Shown piece after piece: positions 50,822 to 61,471 of a stretch of DNA of 64,000 bases. Source of the DNA: Waddliaceae bacterium (lineage in GTDB: Bacteria; Chlamydiota; Chlamydiia; Chlamydiales; SLFE01). The stretch spans positions 1,056,001-1,120,000 of the forward strand of contig CAVYRW010000004.1 in assembly GCA_963771045.1 (NCBI GenBank), read 5' to 3'. The notes beneath the pieces are model-generated. The model was not told the origin of the DNA. It searched no databases and was given only the letters and a program-made list of their open reading frames with translations. A program made the position numbers and the translations under genes. Each line of letters opens with the position of its first letter. Positions within the stretch are counted from its first letter, which is position 1.

Positions 50822-52219
50822 ATGAAGCCAACCTACGAAGAACTCTTTGAAAAGCTGAATAAAGCCTTGGAGGAAATTGAAATCCTCAAAAAGGAAAACC
50901 AGGCACTCAAGGCAAAAGTTAAGGAGCTCGAAGATAAACTCAACACCAACTCTTCGAATAGCTCTAAGCCCCCCTCGCAAGATCCTTTCAGAGCTCAAAG
51001 AAAGAAGGAACCTACGGGGCGTAAACAGGGAGCACAAAAAGGTCATAAGGGCCACCCCCGTCAACTAGTTCCAATTAATCAGGTGCAGTCGCTGCATAAC
51101 ATAAAGCCGGACACTTGTCCGAACTGCCACTCCCACTCGTTTAATTCGGAGGTGGTCAGAACGGATGTACGACAAGTAGTGGAATTACCGGACGCTCCTC
51201 CGGAAGTTACTCAATACAACATTCACACCTGTCAGTGTAGCGGATGTGGTAAGCATGTAAAGGCTGATATTCCCGAAGAAGCGCGATTTGGTTTTGGTCC
51301 CCGATTAATGGGTTTCGTCACCTCTCTTTCAGGAGAGTTTAGATTATCCAAACGTCAAGTCTGTGCTCTAATGGGCAGACTCAATATTCGGATATGTTCC
51401 GGCAGCGTGTGTAAAATCCATGTCCGAGCTAGTCAGATTTTAAAAGCACCATACGAAGAAATTAGGACACACACTCTAAATGAAGAACATATTTATGCCG
51501 ATGAAACGAGTTGGAAAACGATGTCGGAAAAGAGATGGATTTGGGTCGGAAGCGGCAAGGAAACTGTGTTTTTCGCAATCAAGGCTTCACGCAGCAACAA
51601 GGCATTCCGCGAGATCTTTGGTTCTTTCAAAGGGGGTTTAACAACCGATCGCTATAATGCCTATAATTCGCATGAAGGTCTGCGACAACTTTGCTGGTCG
51701 CATGCAGATAGAGATTTTGAAAAGATTGCAGGCAGGGATGGATTTGATAAATGGATCGGGGAACGGTTGTTAGAGTGTAAAAAGTCGATATTCAATCTTT
51801 GGCATAGCTACAAAAACGGTGAGATTGCAAGGGACGAACTGATCGAGAAGATCGAAATAGGCCCAAAAGAAGATTTGAAAGTCCTCCTCAAAGCTGGTGC
51901 AATTCACAAAGAATGTTGCAATAAAACGAGGTCGACTTGCGCTGATTTTTTTGGACGGTTCGAGATGTTATGGGTATTTGCCTATCATGAGAATATCGAA
52001 CCGACTAACAATACAGCCGAGCAACGTCTTAGAGGCGGAGTCATTTGGAGGAAGCTATGCTTTGGCTCACAATCAGAAGAAGGTGAGCGATTTGTCGAAC
52101 GGGTGTTAACAGTTGGTATGACATTGAAGTTACGTGCTCAAAATTCGTTCGATTATTTTACCGAATGTTTTAAAGCATACATTCATGGCGGACAAGCGCC
52201 GCCGATATTTTCAAAATAG
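50822..52219 (+). CDS. IS66-family transposase
   Basis: Coiled coil plus NSSNSSKPPSQD, GAQKGHKG, zinc finger, YADETSW, TDRY, QLCWSH, EPTNNTAEQRLR. Confidence 0.95.
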   Translation: MKPTYEELFEKLNKALEEIEILKKENQALKAKVKELEDKLNTNSSNSSKPPSQDPFRAQRKKEPTGRKQGAQKGHKGHPRQLVPINQVQSLHNIKPDTCPNCHSHSFNSEVVRTDVRQVVELPDAPPEVTQYNIHTCQCSGCGKHVKADIPEEARFGFGPRLMGFVTSLSGEFRLSKRQVCALMGRLNIRICSGSVCKIHVRASQILKAPYEEIRTHTLNEEHIYADETSWKTMSEKRWIWVGSGKETVFFAIKASRSNKAFREIFGSFKGGLTTDRYNAYNSHEGLRQLCWSHADRDFEKIAGRDGFDKWIGERLLECKKSIFNLWHSYKNGEIARDELIEKIEIGPKEDLKVLLKAGAIHKECCNKTRSTCADFFGRFEMLWVFAYHENIEPTNNTAEQRLRGGVIWRKLCFGSQSEEGERFVERVLTVGMTLKLRAQNSFDYFTECFKAYIHGGQAPPIFSK

Positions 52220-52312
52220 AAAACGGTTTCCTACGACACAAATTCACGAGGTAGTTCTCGGTTAACAAAACGTGTTAGAAGTTTACGACTCCCCCTGGGG
52301 GGGGGTACCCCC

Positions 52313-53551
52313 CAGGGAAATTGCATGAAGAAATGATTTGACATGTCAAGCCAGATTTTGAAGACTTTACCTTCTTAAAATGGAGGTATATAATGTCATC
52401 TCAAAATCTTATAAGTGAGACATCAATCATGATTAGCTTTTCCGTCCTGCCTGATCCTAGGGAATCGAGAAATCAAAAATATCCGTTATTCGATATTTTA
52501 ACTATAGCCATACTCGGGGTTCTTTGTGGTGCCGATGACTGGGTTGATGTCGCCTTATGGGGCGAATCTAACCAAGACTGGCTTAAACAGTACGGCATTG
52601 GAGAAAATGGTACTCCTTCACATGATACTTTTAGTCGTTTTTTCCGCTATGTAGACCCTGTTGCATTCGAAAAATGTTTCCTCTCTTGGACCCAGAAAAT
52701 TTCTAAAGCCGTTGAAGGTGTCATAGCTTTGGATGGAAAGACTATTTGCAATTCTAAAAGTTGCGGTACACAAGCTATTCATTTGGTAAGCGCATTCTCA
52801 GCCGAGAATGATCTTGTATTAGGGCAATTGGCCACTGAGGCCAAATCAAATGAGATAACAGCATTTCCATTATTGATTGAGATGTTGGATTTAAAAAAAG
52901 CTACTGTGACAATAGATGCAGCTGGCTGCCAAAAAACAATCGCATCTCTAATCCGCGAAAAAGGAGGCGATTACGTATTCGGACTTAAGAGGAATCAGGA
53001 AAATTTATACGCTGAAGCGGAACATTTTTTTAATCAAGCGCTTAACCTTAAGCCGGAAGAAGCTGAATGTGAATACTATATAACGGAGGAAAAATCAAGA
53101 AATCGTTTTGAGAAAAGAGAGGTGTGGGTAACATCGAATCTTGATTGGTTGCCGCAAGTGGAAGAATGGAAAGGTTTATCATCTCTGGCTTGTGTAAGGA
53201 GCACAAGGATTGTAAAAGAGAAAGAGACAGTAGAGCTAAGGTATTATATATCAAGTATAAAGGGCGATGCGGAAAGAATAGGAAAAGCCATAAGGAGTCA
53301 TTGGTCGATTGAAAACAAACTTCATTGGCAGCTTGATGTTTCTTATGGAGAAGATGGAAGCAAAGTTCGAAAAGATAATGGTGCGGAAAATTTTTCGATA
53401 ATTCGACGATCAACTTTGAATTTACTTAAAGCAGACAAGAAAACAAAAGCAGGTATCAAAAATAAGCGATCAAAAGCAGGTTGGAATAAGCAGTATATGA
53501 TAAATATTTTGACGGGAAAGTGTTAAATAATTTCTTCATGCAATTTCCCTG
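52313..53551 (+). mobile_element. ISAs1-family insertion sequence
   Basis: TIRs CAGGGAAATTGCATGAAGAAAT / ATTTCTTCATGCAATTTCCCTG; duplicated palindromic target GGGGGTACCCCC. Confidence 0.95.
52393..53526 (+). CDS. ISAs1-family transposase
   Basis: PDPR, PSHDTF, ALDGKT, KSNEITA, TIDAAGCQ, RSHWSIENKLHWQLDV. Confidence 0.97.
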   Translation: MSSQNLISETSIMISFSVLPDPRESRNQKYPLFDILTIAILGVLCGADDWVDVALWGESNQDWLKQYGIGENGTPSHDTFSRFFRYVDPVAFEKCFLSWTQKISKAVEGVIALDGKTICNSKSCGTQAIHLVSAFSAENDLVLGQLATEAKSNEITAFPLLIEMLDLKKATVTIDAAGCQKTIASLIREKGGDYVFGLKRNQENLYAEAEHFFNQALNLKPEEAECEYYITEEKSRNRFEKREVWVTSNLDWLPQVEEWKGLSSLACVRSTRIVKEKETVELRYYISSIKGDAERIGKAIRSHWSIENKLHWQLDVSYGEDGSKVRKDNGAENFSIIRRSTLNLLKADKKTKAGIKNKRSKAGWNKQYMINILTGKC

Positions 53552-53626
53552 GGGGGTACCCCCGTGAACAGATACAAAAAATACTAATATTACTCAAAGC
53601 TTTATCTTCATCTTCTTTATTTATAG

Positions 53627-53718
53627 GGCCGGGCCGTGCATTTTGCATAACTATGTGCTATGTTAAAGCGATGAACTTGTGGGAAGATAATAGGGAAAGT
53701 TATGTACACGGCCCGGCC
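53627..53718. repeat. Palindromic MITE/REP-like element
   Basis: 12-bp perfect IR GGCCGGGCCGTG / CACGGCCCGGCC; its interior resembles 59437-59490. Confidence 0.6.
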
Positions 53719-53850
53719 TCTTTTCTCAATTATTTATTAAAACTCTTCTAATTTTTTTTTTAATATTCATTGAATTCATCAAACCATGTGCCTTTTGGAC
53801 CACTAGGGTGGGGAAAATTATGCGCAATGCACGGTAAATATAATTGATTT

Positions 53851-54516
53851 TCACTTTTGATACTCCGTTTCCTGAAAGAAATTCCCCATATTTGGATCGA
53901 GCTTGTCATCGTTTTTCCAAACTATATATGATTCCTGATCGTAGGCACTCCCAATTATGTATATGGCATCTCGTGAAATCTGTTCAAAATCATTCAATTG
54001 AAGACTTTCATTTTTAAGTTTTTCTCCTTCGCACAAAACAATGAGTAAATGGTAATTTGCATTAGCTACTAGGATAGTTTCATTTATTTCTTCTGTTGAC
54101 AATTTTTTTTGAAGAAAGTAGTAAACTTCTTTATCATAAAGAAAGTATTCGACAGGTGACTCTTTGACTACTTTATCATTCGGGCCATAACACACTTCCT
54201 CTGCCAAACCATAACGGTGGTTATTTTGTTCCAAAAATTTTTTTATAAATTTTGTCATTGAGTCATCAGTTGAAGGTATTAATTGCCAATATCCTTTATT
54301 GCTTGGAGTCCTCATCATAGGAGGTTGTGGAAGGATTCCTCCAGAATCGAGATTTTCAAGATAATCAATCTGAGAATCTTCTGGGAGAATTGTAAAAAAG
54401 TGTCCCTTTTTAAAATCAATTTTTTCTATAAGAAATCTTGATAATGAATTTCCCCATTCTATATGATCTTTAAAATATGGCCATGCCGTTTCGTAATTTA
54501 ATTTCCATTTTTTCAT
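53851..54516 (-). CDS. Putative immunity protein of the upstream Rhs toxin
   Basis: The ATG at 54516 lies 4 bp after the Rhs stop. AT-rich, acidic; position typical of cognate immunity genes. Confidence 0.65.
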   Translation of the reverse strand: MKKWKLNYETAWPYFKDHIEWGNSLSRFLIEKIDFKKGHFFTILPEDSQIDYLENLDSGGILPQPPMMRTPSNKGYWQLIPSTDDSMTKFIKKFLEQNNHRYGLAEEVCYGPNDKVVKESPVEYFLYDKEVYYFLQKKLSTEEINETILVANANYHLLIVLCEGEKLKNESLQLNDFEQISRDAIYIIGSAYDQESYIVWKNDDKLDPNMGNFFQETEYQK

Positions 54517-54520
54517 GAAT

Positions 54521-57500
54521 TTACTTTCCTTTTTTCTTATTTTTACCTTTATTTTTTGGCTCACATCTTCCATCCGGATACAAGCGATAGCCTTTATGCT
54601 TTTTTTCTGGTTTATAATCCCAATGGGGACCTATTGGGGGTTTATGATCAAAATCGGGATTCAACTTTTCATCTCCTTTCACCCAGTTTCCTTTACCACT
54701 AGAAGGAGAACCCCTACCTTTCCATTCAAATCCATAATCAGCGGGTCCCTCGGGATTCCAACCAAAATGATCCCATTCATAAGGCACACCATCTCGAAAA
54801 CTTTGATTCATCCAATTTTCAATGTAGGGAACGGATTCATAGAATAGATATGTCACCGTAGCAGCTAGGACGGCTGAAGCGACTGTTTCGATGGCCGCTG
54901 CTCCAAAAATAAGCTCTAAGGCAATTGGAACAACTATAACAAAAGCGCCGTCGGGATCGGTGTATTTGAAGGGATTATTGAAGAGGTATTGGTAGAGGTT
55001 CGTTGAATCTTTGATTCCTGCAGGATCTGTTGTCATCCAACGAGCTAGGGCAGGATTGTAATATCTCTTCCCGAAATTGATGAGGCCTGTTTCAAAGTCA
55101 CACCTTTTTCCGGCATAGCGGTAAGGATTGGACCGAGTTTCTGAAGAGAGGGTTTCTCCAAAAGCAGAATAAGTGTAAGAGTGCGTTATTTTTTCGGCGG
55201 CAACATCAACAAGCTTTTTGACGTTTCCGAGGCAATCTAAAATGGGAGCAAAGGCTCTTCCCGAGAGCTCAATGGCAACAGGTTGGGAAGGCAGGCCAAA
55301 AACTCTTAAATCCTTTAGCTCCCCTTCATAGCAGGCAAGCTCTTGATCGTCATCGTAGAGATAATGCTCTTTTCTTTTTTCCGGAGAGCAGCAAGCGGTT
55401 GTTTTCGAGACCCTTCTGCCCAGGGGGTCATAGGAATAAGTGATTTTGAAGGCGTTATTTTGCGCTTCGACAAGACGATTCAAAGGGTCGTACTTAAAAG
55501 AAAATTGTCCATCCGAGGTGAGATTGCCTCTTCGGTCATAAGACTTGGAGACAAGTTCGTTTAAATCATTATAAGCAAAATACTCATCGTCTTTTTGAAG
55601 ACGGTTAAAGAGGGTATCAAAACAGTATGTATGGTCATTTTCGGATGTGAGCTGAGAAAGGGCGTCATAATCATAAAAGTTTTCCCTGTCATTTAGAGTT
55701 GATTTTATGAGATTGCCAAGTTCATTAAAGACGCAATTTTGCGAGATAAAAGGAGATGATACCGACAGTTTTCTTCCCATCTCATCATAGCTCGTGTAGA
55801 TCGTTCCCAAACCGCCGATCATAGACTCTTCTAGAAGATTTCCCGAAAGATCATACGAGTTAAAAGTATGTTCGTAGAGCAAATCATGATCGGTGTTATA
55901 CCTGGCCACGCGGCGAGGGTAAAGAGCGTCGTAGCTATATTCAATAACTCCTTCCGGAAAACGGATGAAAAGGGGACGATCCAGATGATCGTATTCTTTT
56001 TCTAAAACGAGCCCCTGAGCGCTTGTTTCTTTGAGAATATTGCCAAAGGGATCATATTCGCGAGTTATTGATAAAGACTGATTCACATCAGCCGCTTCTA
56101 AAACATCTCCTTTTTTGTTATAGCAGTAGCATAGATTAAGGGAACCATCAGATGAGCTCAGAGTTTCCATGAAACCCAAAGGGTTGTAGCCAAAGTAAAG
56201 TTTTATTCCATCGGGAAGAGTTTTTTCGGCTATTTTTCCCATAGGCGTATAAGCATATTCTACCCGCCTCTTACCAGATGCGGTCTCTGACTTAAGCCGG
56301 TTCATGCAGTCATAAGAGAAGGTAATTGTTTGGCTTCCATCGTTTAGAGAGACTAAATTTCCACATGCGTCGTAGGTTCTTTGACGGCTAAAAAGGGTTT
56401 CTCCCTTTTGATCGCAAGCCTCCTCTTTAACAATTCGGTCAAAGGAATCGTACATTGTCTGTTTTGAGAGTCCTTTTGGATCGATGGACACTGTTTTTAA
56501 GACGTAATGGCCCGAGGCTGTTTTCCATCTATCGTCATAGGCAGTGCTCGTATGGTTTCCTAGAGCATCTGTATGCATTGTTACGCGGTTAAAGGCATCG
56601 TAGGTAAAGGTCTCTTTTGCTTGGTTTTTAATAAGAGCGGATCGATTGTCATCGGTATCATATTCGTAGCCTATTTCAAATAAGATTTCTCCATCTGCAT
56701 CTGTTTTTGTTTCTTTTATGGTGCGGTCTAAAAGATCGTATTCATAGTGTTGAAAAAGCGGGCCTTTTTTCAAAGTTGCCAGTCTGCCAAGAGAGTCATA
56801 AATATACTCAAGGGTTCTTCCTTCCTTGACCTCCTTGATCTTTCTTCCGGCTCCATCGTAAGAATAATGGGTTGTGCAGCCATCTTTATCGGTTTCTTGT
56901 ATGAGATGAAAGGCGTTGTAGATAAAGGACTCTGAGGCAAGCTCTTCCCCTGAAGAAGAATAAATGGTCTTGGTAAGCACCCTTCCCAAAACATCTCGTT
57001 CGTAGACTATTTCTGTCCCTTCTTGATTCACATGTCTTGTGAGATGTCCCTGTTTTGAATAAGTGAAAGATTCCCGAGTCCCGTCGGGATAAATGATCTC
57101 TAAAGGAGACCCATACAGATTCGAACGAGTCCTTGTAGTATTTCCGTTAGGATCGGTTTTTGCGATCTCTCTTCCCAAGGCGTCGTATTCAATGGCAACT
57201 TGGACTTTTCGTTCCTGAGTTGAAGGGTATTCGACTAAAGCGGGTTTCAAAACGACGGGATCATTTTTGATGAGGGTAGCGTTTTGTTCATTGATGATTT
57301 TTTTGACAATAAGATCATTCAGATCATATTCATACTGAAAAGATTTGTATCCCCCTTCAGAGCCATAGTGCTTTTCAGTGATTAAGCGGCTTCTTAAATC
57401 ATAGGTGAACTCTTTTTTAAGTCTTCCGGAAAAAGATACCGAAGAGGTCAAGAGGCTGCCGTCATTATAAGTGTAGAGGGCCTTTTGACCTAGAGGATTG

Positions 57501-59281
57501 GTCTCGGATAACAGATTTCCTCTTTGATCATACTCTTTAAAGAGAGAATAGGCAAAGTTTCCGGCAGCATCATAAATATCTTCTTGGGAAACATTTCCAT
57601 ATTGGTCATAGCTTAAATGAGTTTTCTTAAGAGGCTTTTCTTCACCTCCCTCGCAATAACATTCTTGAATCCACTCGGGCATGTGAAGAAATGGGGTCTC
57701 TTGACGCAGAATATAGCGAGTGATTCTTCTTTGAGCCGTTCCCGAATCGCCGTCATCAACAATTTTTTGTATCAAATTCAGACTGTCGTCATATTCCCAA
57801 AACTCTCTTTGAAAAATTATTTCGCCATCGAGAGACATTTTTGATAGAGGGAGATTTGTTCCGGAAACATATTCAAAGACAACAGCTTTACCCTCCTCTT
57901 CTTCTTCTCGTAAAAGGAGGTTTCTTCCATCTTGAGAAAACTCTCGCCTTATAGAAAAAGTGATTGTCTCTCCGGTTATAGTTTCCAGAGTGGGATTGCC
58001 GAAGGCATCGTATTCATAATGTTTCTGACATAAGAGCTTATCGCCTTCAAAAAATTGCAAAGAAGAGAGCCTTTGATTTGAATCCCACTCAAACACTTTG
58101 ATTTTTTTGAGCGTCCCTTCGGGGGAAATTGTTTTGACGGATTGAAGGAGGAGGTTGTCGGTATATTCATAGACAGTTTTTGTTCCACTAGCGTGTTTAA
58201 ACGTTGTCTGTCCTCCCTTTTTTCGCGGCAGGTAGCTTATTTCTCCAATCATTCCCGAAGGAAAAGCAATATGGCTAGTTCTGTAGTGGGGGGCATTATC
58301 AGGAGATTCCACAGCTTCATATGAACAATGAAAAAATCCCTTCGGCGTTTTATATTCTGTGAGTGAAATGATGTCGGAATAAGAAATTGTCTCTTTGCCG
58401 GAGAGTGGGCTTTCCACAGATGTTAAAAGCCGAGGAGAGTTTATTGAATATTCAAACTTAGCTCCACCGTCTTTTCCCTTTCCTTCGGCTACTTGGTATC
58501 CATATTTGTATGTGGCTTTAGTAAAATTAGAACCAATAAATTCTTGTTCATTTAAATACGGAAACCCATGGACTTCTAAAGAAGAATAGATCGTACTTTC
58601 ATTGGAGTCCATGCTTTCAATTGATGTCAGGGCTTTGTGGTCATAGTGATACTTAAGGACTTTTCCATGGGGGAGAATTTCTTTTTCGAGTAAAAACGTC
58701 AATCCATTTTTATGTTCATAAACCCTGATTGTTCCATCGGGAAAATCAACTCGAAATTTATGATTCTCTGTTCTAATGCGGATATTGCGGACATCGTGCT
58801 TTCCGCTCGGCATTCCGCCAACAAAATTGCTGATTCCATAAAAACAACCGGCAAGTTTGTAACCTTCTTCTGTTTTCTCAAATTCCCATACTGCGCCATT
58901 CTGGTCGACGAGCTGAAGGATATTATTTGGCAAAACGACAAGTTTCAGATGAGGCAAACAGACAAAACCACGATAATGACCCAAAAGATTTGAATATCGA
59001 TAGAATTTATCGAGACCGGGATTGGAATGACAGGATAAGGGAAGAAAAGGAGCTATATATGTTCTATCCAGCCGGATATCCTGAGCCCCTTTGACGATCA
59101 GATCTGTTTTCTTAAGGCAAACCTGACCGCTTAGAGGGTTGATCCCCCCCCCAATTAACCAATCTTCATCGATATTCAAGTCGGAGACTTCATAGGAACT
59201 AGAAGGGATCAAGTTTTCCATTTTGTCTTCAGCAAATAAGGAAAAGTAAAATCCGAGCAGTAAAACGAAAATTGCTCTCAC
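54521..59281 (-). CDS. RHS/YD-repeat polymorphic toxin with Ntox37-like C-terminal domain
   Basis: GTG start after GGAGG with a signal peptide; many YD repeats; core end RYYNP..ARWMTTDP...NLYQY..NNP..YTDPDG; C-terminus GFEWKG...GNW...PDFDHKPPIGPHWDY...RLYPDG. Confidence 0.92.
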   Translation of the reverse strand: MRAIFVLLLGFYFSLFAEDKMENLIPSSSYEVSDLNIDEDWLIGGGINPLSGQVCLKKTDLIVKGAQDIRLDRTYIAPFLPLSCHSNPGLDKFYRYSNLLGHYRGFVCLPHLKLVVLPNNILQLVDQNGAVWEFEKTEEGYKLAGCFYGISNFVGGMPSGKHDVRNIRIRTENHKFRVDFPDGTIRVYEHKNGLTFLLEKEILPHGKVLKYHYDHKALTSIESMDSNESTIYSSLEVHGFPYLNEQEFIGSNFTKATYKYGYQVAEGKGKDGGAKFEYSINSPRLLTSVESPLSGKETISYSDIISLTEYKTPKGFFHCSYEAVESPDNAPHYRTSHIAFPSGMIGEISYLPRKKGGQTTFKHASGTKTVYEYTDNLLLQSVKTISPEGTLKKIKVFEWDSNQRLSSLQFFEGDKLLCQKHYEYDAFGNPTLETITGETITFSIRREFSQDGRNLLLREEEEEGKAVVFEYVSGTNLPLSKMSLDGEIIFQREFWEYDDSLNLIQKIVDDGDSGTAQRRITRYILRQETPFLHMPEWIQECYCEGGEEKPLKKTHLSYDQYGNVSQEDIYDAAGNFAYSLFKEYDQRGNLLSETNPLGQKALYTYNDGSLLTSSVSFSGRLKKEFTYDLRSRLITEKHYGSEGGYKSFQYEYDLNDLIVKKIINEQNATLIKNDPVVLKPALVEYPSTQERKVQVAIEYDALGREIAKTDPNGNTTRTRSNLYGSPLEIIYPDGTRESFTYSKQGHLTRHVNQEGTEIVYERDVLGRVLTKTIYSSSGEELASESFIYNAFHLIQETDKDGCTTHYSYDGAGRKIKEVKEGRTLEYIYDSLGRLATLKKGPLFQHYEYDLLDRTIKETKTDADGEILFEIGYEYDTDDNRSALIKNQAKETFTYDAFNRVTMHTDALGNHTSTAYDDRWKTASGHYVLKTVSIDPKGLSKQTMYDSFDRIVKEEACDQKGETLFSRQRTYDACGNLVSLNDGSQTITFSYDCMNRLKSETASGKRRVEYAYTPMGKIAEKTLPDGIKLYFGYNPLGFMETLSSSDGSLNLCYCYNKKGDVLEAADVNQSLSITREYDPFGNILKETSAQGLVLEKEYDHLDRPLFIRFPEGVIEYSYDALYPRRVARYNTDHDLLYEHTFNSYDLSGNLLEESMIGGLGTIYTSYDEMGRKLSVSSPFISQNCVFNELGNLIKSTLNDRENFYDYDALSQLTSENDHTYCFDTLFNRLQKDDEYFAYNDLNELVSKSYDRRGNLTSDGQFSFKYDPLNRLVEAQNNAFKITYSYDPLGRRVSKTTACCSPEKRKEHYLYDDDQELACYEGELKDLRVFGLPSQPVAIELSGRAFAPILDCLGNVKKLVDVAAEKITHSYTYSAFGETLSSETRSNPYRYAGKRCDFETGLINFGKRYYNPALARWMTTDPAGIKDSTNLYQYLFNNPFKYTDPDGAFVIVVPIALELIFGAAAIETVASAVLAATVTYLFYESVPYIENWMNQSFRDGVPYEWDHFGWNPEGPADYGFEWKGRGSPSSGKGNWVKGDEKLNPDFDHKPPIGPHWDYKPEKKHKGYRLYPDGRCEPKNKGKNKKKGK

Positions 59282-59734
59282 AACTCCCTCCAAAAAAAAT
59301 ATTTTAATCGAGATTTTATTATATGAAAAAGATTTAAAGCAAGATTATTTTAACGTCTACTCCTCGCAAAGAGCGAGGGGTTTTGCCACGGTACTTGTAC
59401 ATAATGTCGCGGTAGCAAGCGGCATCTTCAAAACGATGACCTTCTCGGAAGGTAATAGAAAAAGTTATGCACAATGCACAGCACGACCCTATCACTATCA
59501 CCGACCCTATCATGATATCGATTTGTCAATGACAAAAAACCAGATATTGTAAATAAACAAAGAATTTCGCGATAACCCCTTTGCGGCCCCTTCACAATCA
59601 AATCGAGAAATTAATAGTGAAAAAGAATGAAGATGAGTTAAAATGGATTTCGGTGTAGTAAATATAATATGATTTTCGGTTTACTCTATTATTTTCTTAA
59701 AAAAACTTTTAACATGCAAGATGCTGCAAAAAAT

Positions 59735-59920
59735 GGCCTTGTTGCGTAAGTTCTAATTAGAGGAGATTCTTAGCCCTCTTTTCGTCCAATTCCTTTTTTC
59801 TTAGGCCATATATCCTACTGGCATCCCGGTTGCAGTCATCATATTCAAAATAAATCCTTTTAATTGGAGCTCATTGCTCTGGGCATTTTCTGAACGGCTA
59901 AACAATGTATCCCCAAAAAT
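59735..59920 (-). pseudogene. IS5-family (IS903 group) 3' remnant
   Basis: End GGCCTTGTTGCGTAAG at 59735; the minus strand encodes IFGDTLFSRSENAQSNELQLKGFILNMMTATGMP. Confidence 0.7.
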
Positions 59921-59932
59921 GCCCAGAGCAAT

Positions 59933-60569
59933 GAGCTGTATTGGGATAATCGTGATTTGCTCACCATGTCAGTCGATGTAGTCCTGTACGATCTTACAAC
60001 TCTACGTTTTGAAAGCACTAGAGAAGACTTAGGACAACTTCGCCGTTTTGGATATTCCAAAGAGATGCGTAGCGACTGTACCCAGGTTATACTGGGTCTG
60101 CTAGTTGATACTGACGGTATTCCTCTTGGTTTCGAAGTTTATCCCGGTAACACCTTTGAGGGGGCTACTCTGGTTGATATTGTCCAGAGGATGCGCGCCA
60201 AATTCAAAGTGCGAAGATTTATTTTTGTAGCTGATCGAGGACTTTTCTCTGCAAAAAATCTGGAGCATATCCGAACTCAGTGCGGGCACGAAGCGGTTGG
60301 AGAGTTCATCGTGGGCATAAAGCTTGGACAGATCAAACAGCGACATGATGAATTTTACGATCGTGGCCGCTTTACTAAAGTAAACGATGATCTGGAATTG
60401 TATGAAACAAAACTTGGTGAAGATCGTTGTATCATTACTTGGTCTCGTCAACGAGCTGAACGCGACAGAAAAACCCGAGAAGATATTCTGACAAAGCTTA
60501 CAAAGAAAATCGCCAAAAAAAAGAAACCCACTCCCAAGGATTTTGTAACAAACAAAAACTACACCAAGT
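59933..60569 (+). pseudogene. IS1634-family transposase internal fragment
   Basis: VVLYDLTTLRFE, FGYSKEMRSDCTQV, PLGFEVYPGNTFEG, VADRG. The 5' part is missing and the 3' part is cut by IS4. Confidence 0.88.
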
Positions 60570-61471
60570 CACTAGTGTCCGGAATTTAAATCAAATAGTG
60601 TTAATTGGTTAGAACCCTGTAACTCTCTTGATTTTTTTACGGAATACGTAAGCGCCTCACTTAGAGCTGTTTTCTCAAAGACAGTGAGACTCAAAATTTG
60701 TAGAATTTTGTAGAGGCTGGCCTCAATTTTCAACTCCTTTTTAATAATGGCAACAAGCACATAAACGGAGATAGCTATCCAAATCTGACTCTTTACTGCA
60801 TTCTCTGAAGTACCGAAGAACGCTTTGATACGCAAATGTTGTTTGATCCATTTGAAAAATAATTCAACTTGCCACCGGCATCGATAAAGTTCAGCGACTG
60901 TTAGGGCAGGAAGAGTAAGGTTATTTGTCAAAAACACAAAGGTCTTCTCGGTATCGGTGTCGTAGTACTTGATACGGCGCAATTTTTCAGGATAGTGTTG
61001 GGCTGATTGGGCACCAGTTAGCACAACTGTTTGGTCACACCGAAGACCCGTATTATTGTCTACTGCGGCAGAGTACAGACGCCGGAACTTGAGGTTAGAT
61101 TTCGCCCGGATAACAAAAAAGGAGCTTGCTAAATTGAGTTCGTAAAGCCGAGAGAAATCCAGGTATCCGCGATCCATTATATAAAAAGCGCCCGGCTCAG
61201 GAATTAACAAATCAAGTGCATTTACGTCATGAAGTTTGCCGTCAGATATATGGATGAAGCTCGGGATATTGCCACGCAGATCCAATAAAGTATGCAATTT
61301 CACTGCAGCCTTAGTTTGACGAAAATGTGCCCAGGGAAAGACGGATAGACACAGATCAATAGTTGATGCATCTAGTGCGTACACAGTGCTATTGAGTTCA
61401 ACCCCAAAATCCTCGTTTACATACAATCCGCGAGCTTTGCTAATCAACGATTGAGCAAAGTTTGGTAAGCG

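Larger units (their letters stand above)
50691..53575 (+). mobile_element. IS66-family element (single-ORF type) with ISAs1 nested in its right end
   Basis: TIRs GTATCCGTTCACGGGG / CCCCGTGAACAGATAC; no matching TSD seen. Confidence 0.85.

Noticed and set aside
50683..53583. Target-site duplication for the first IS66
   Set aside because: The flanks TAAATATT and AAAAAATA do not match, so no TSD is claimed.
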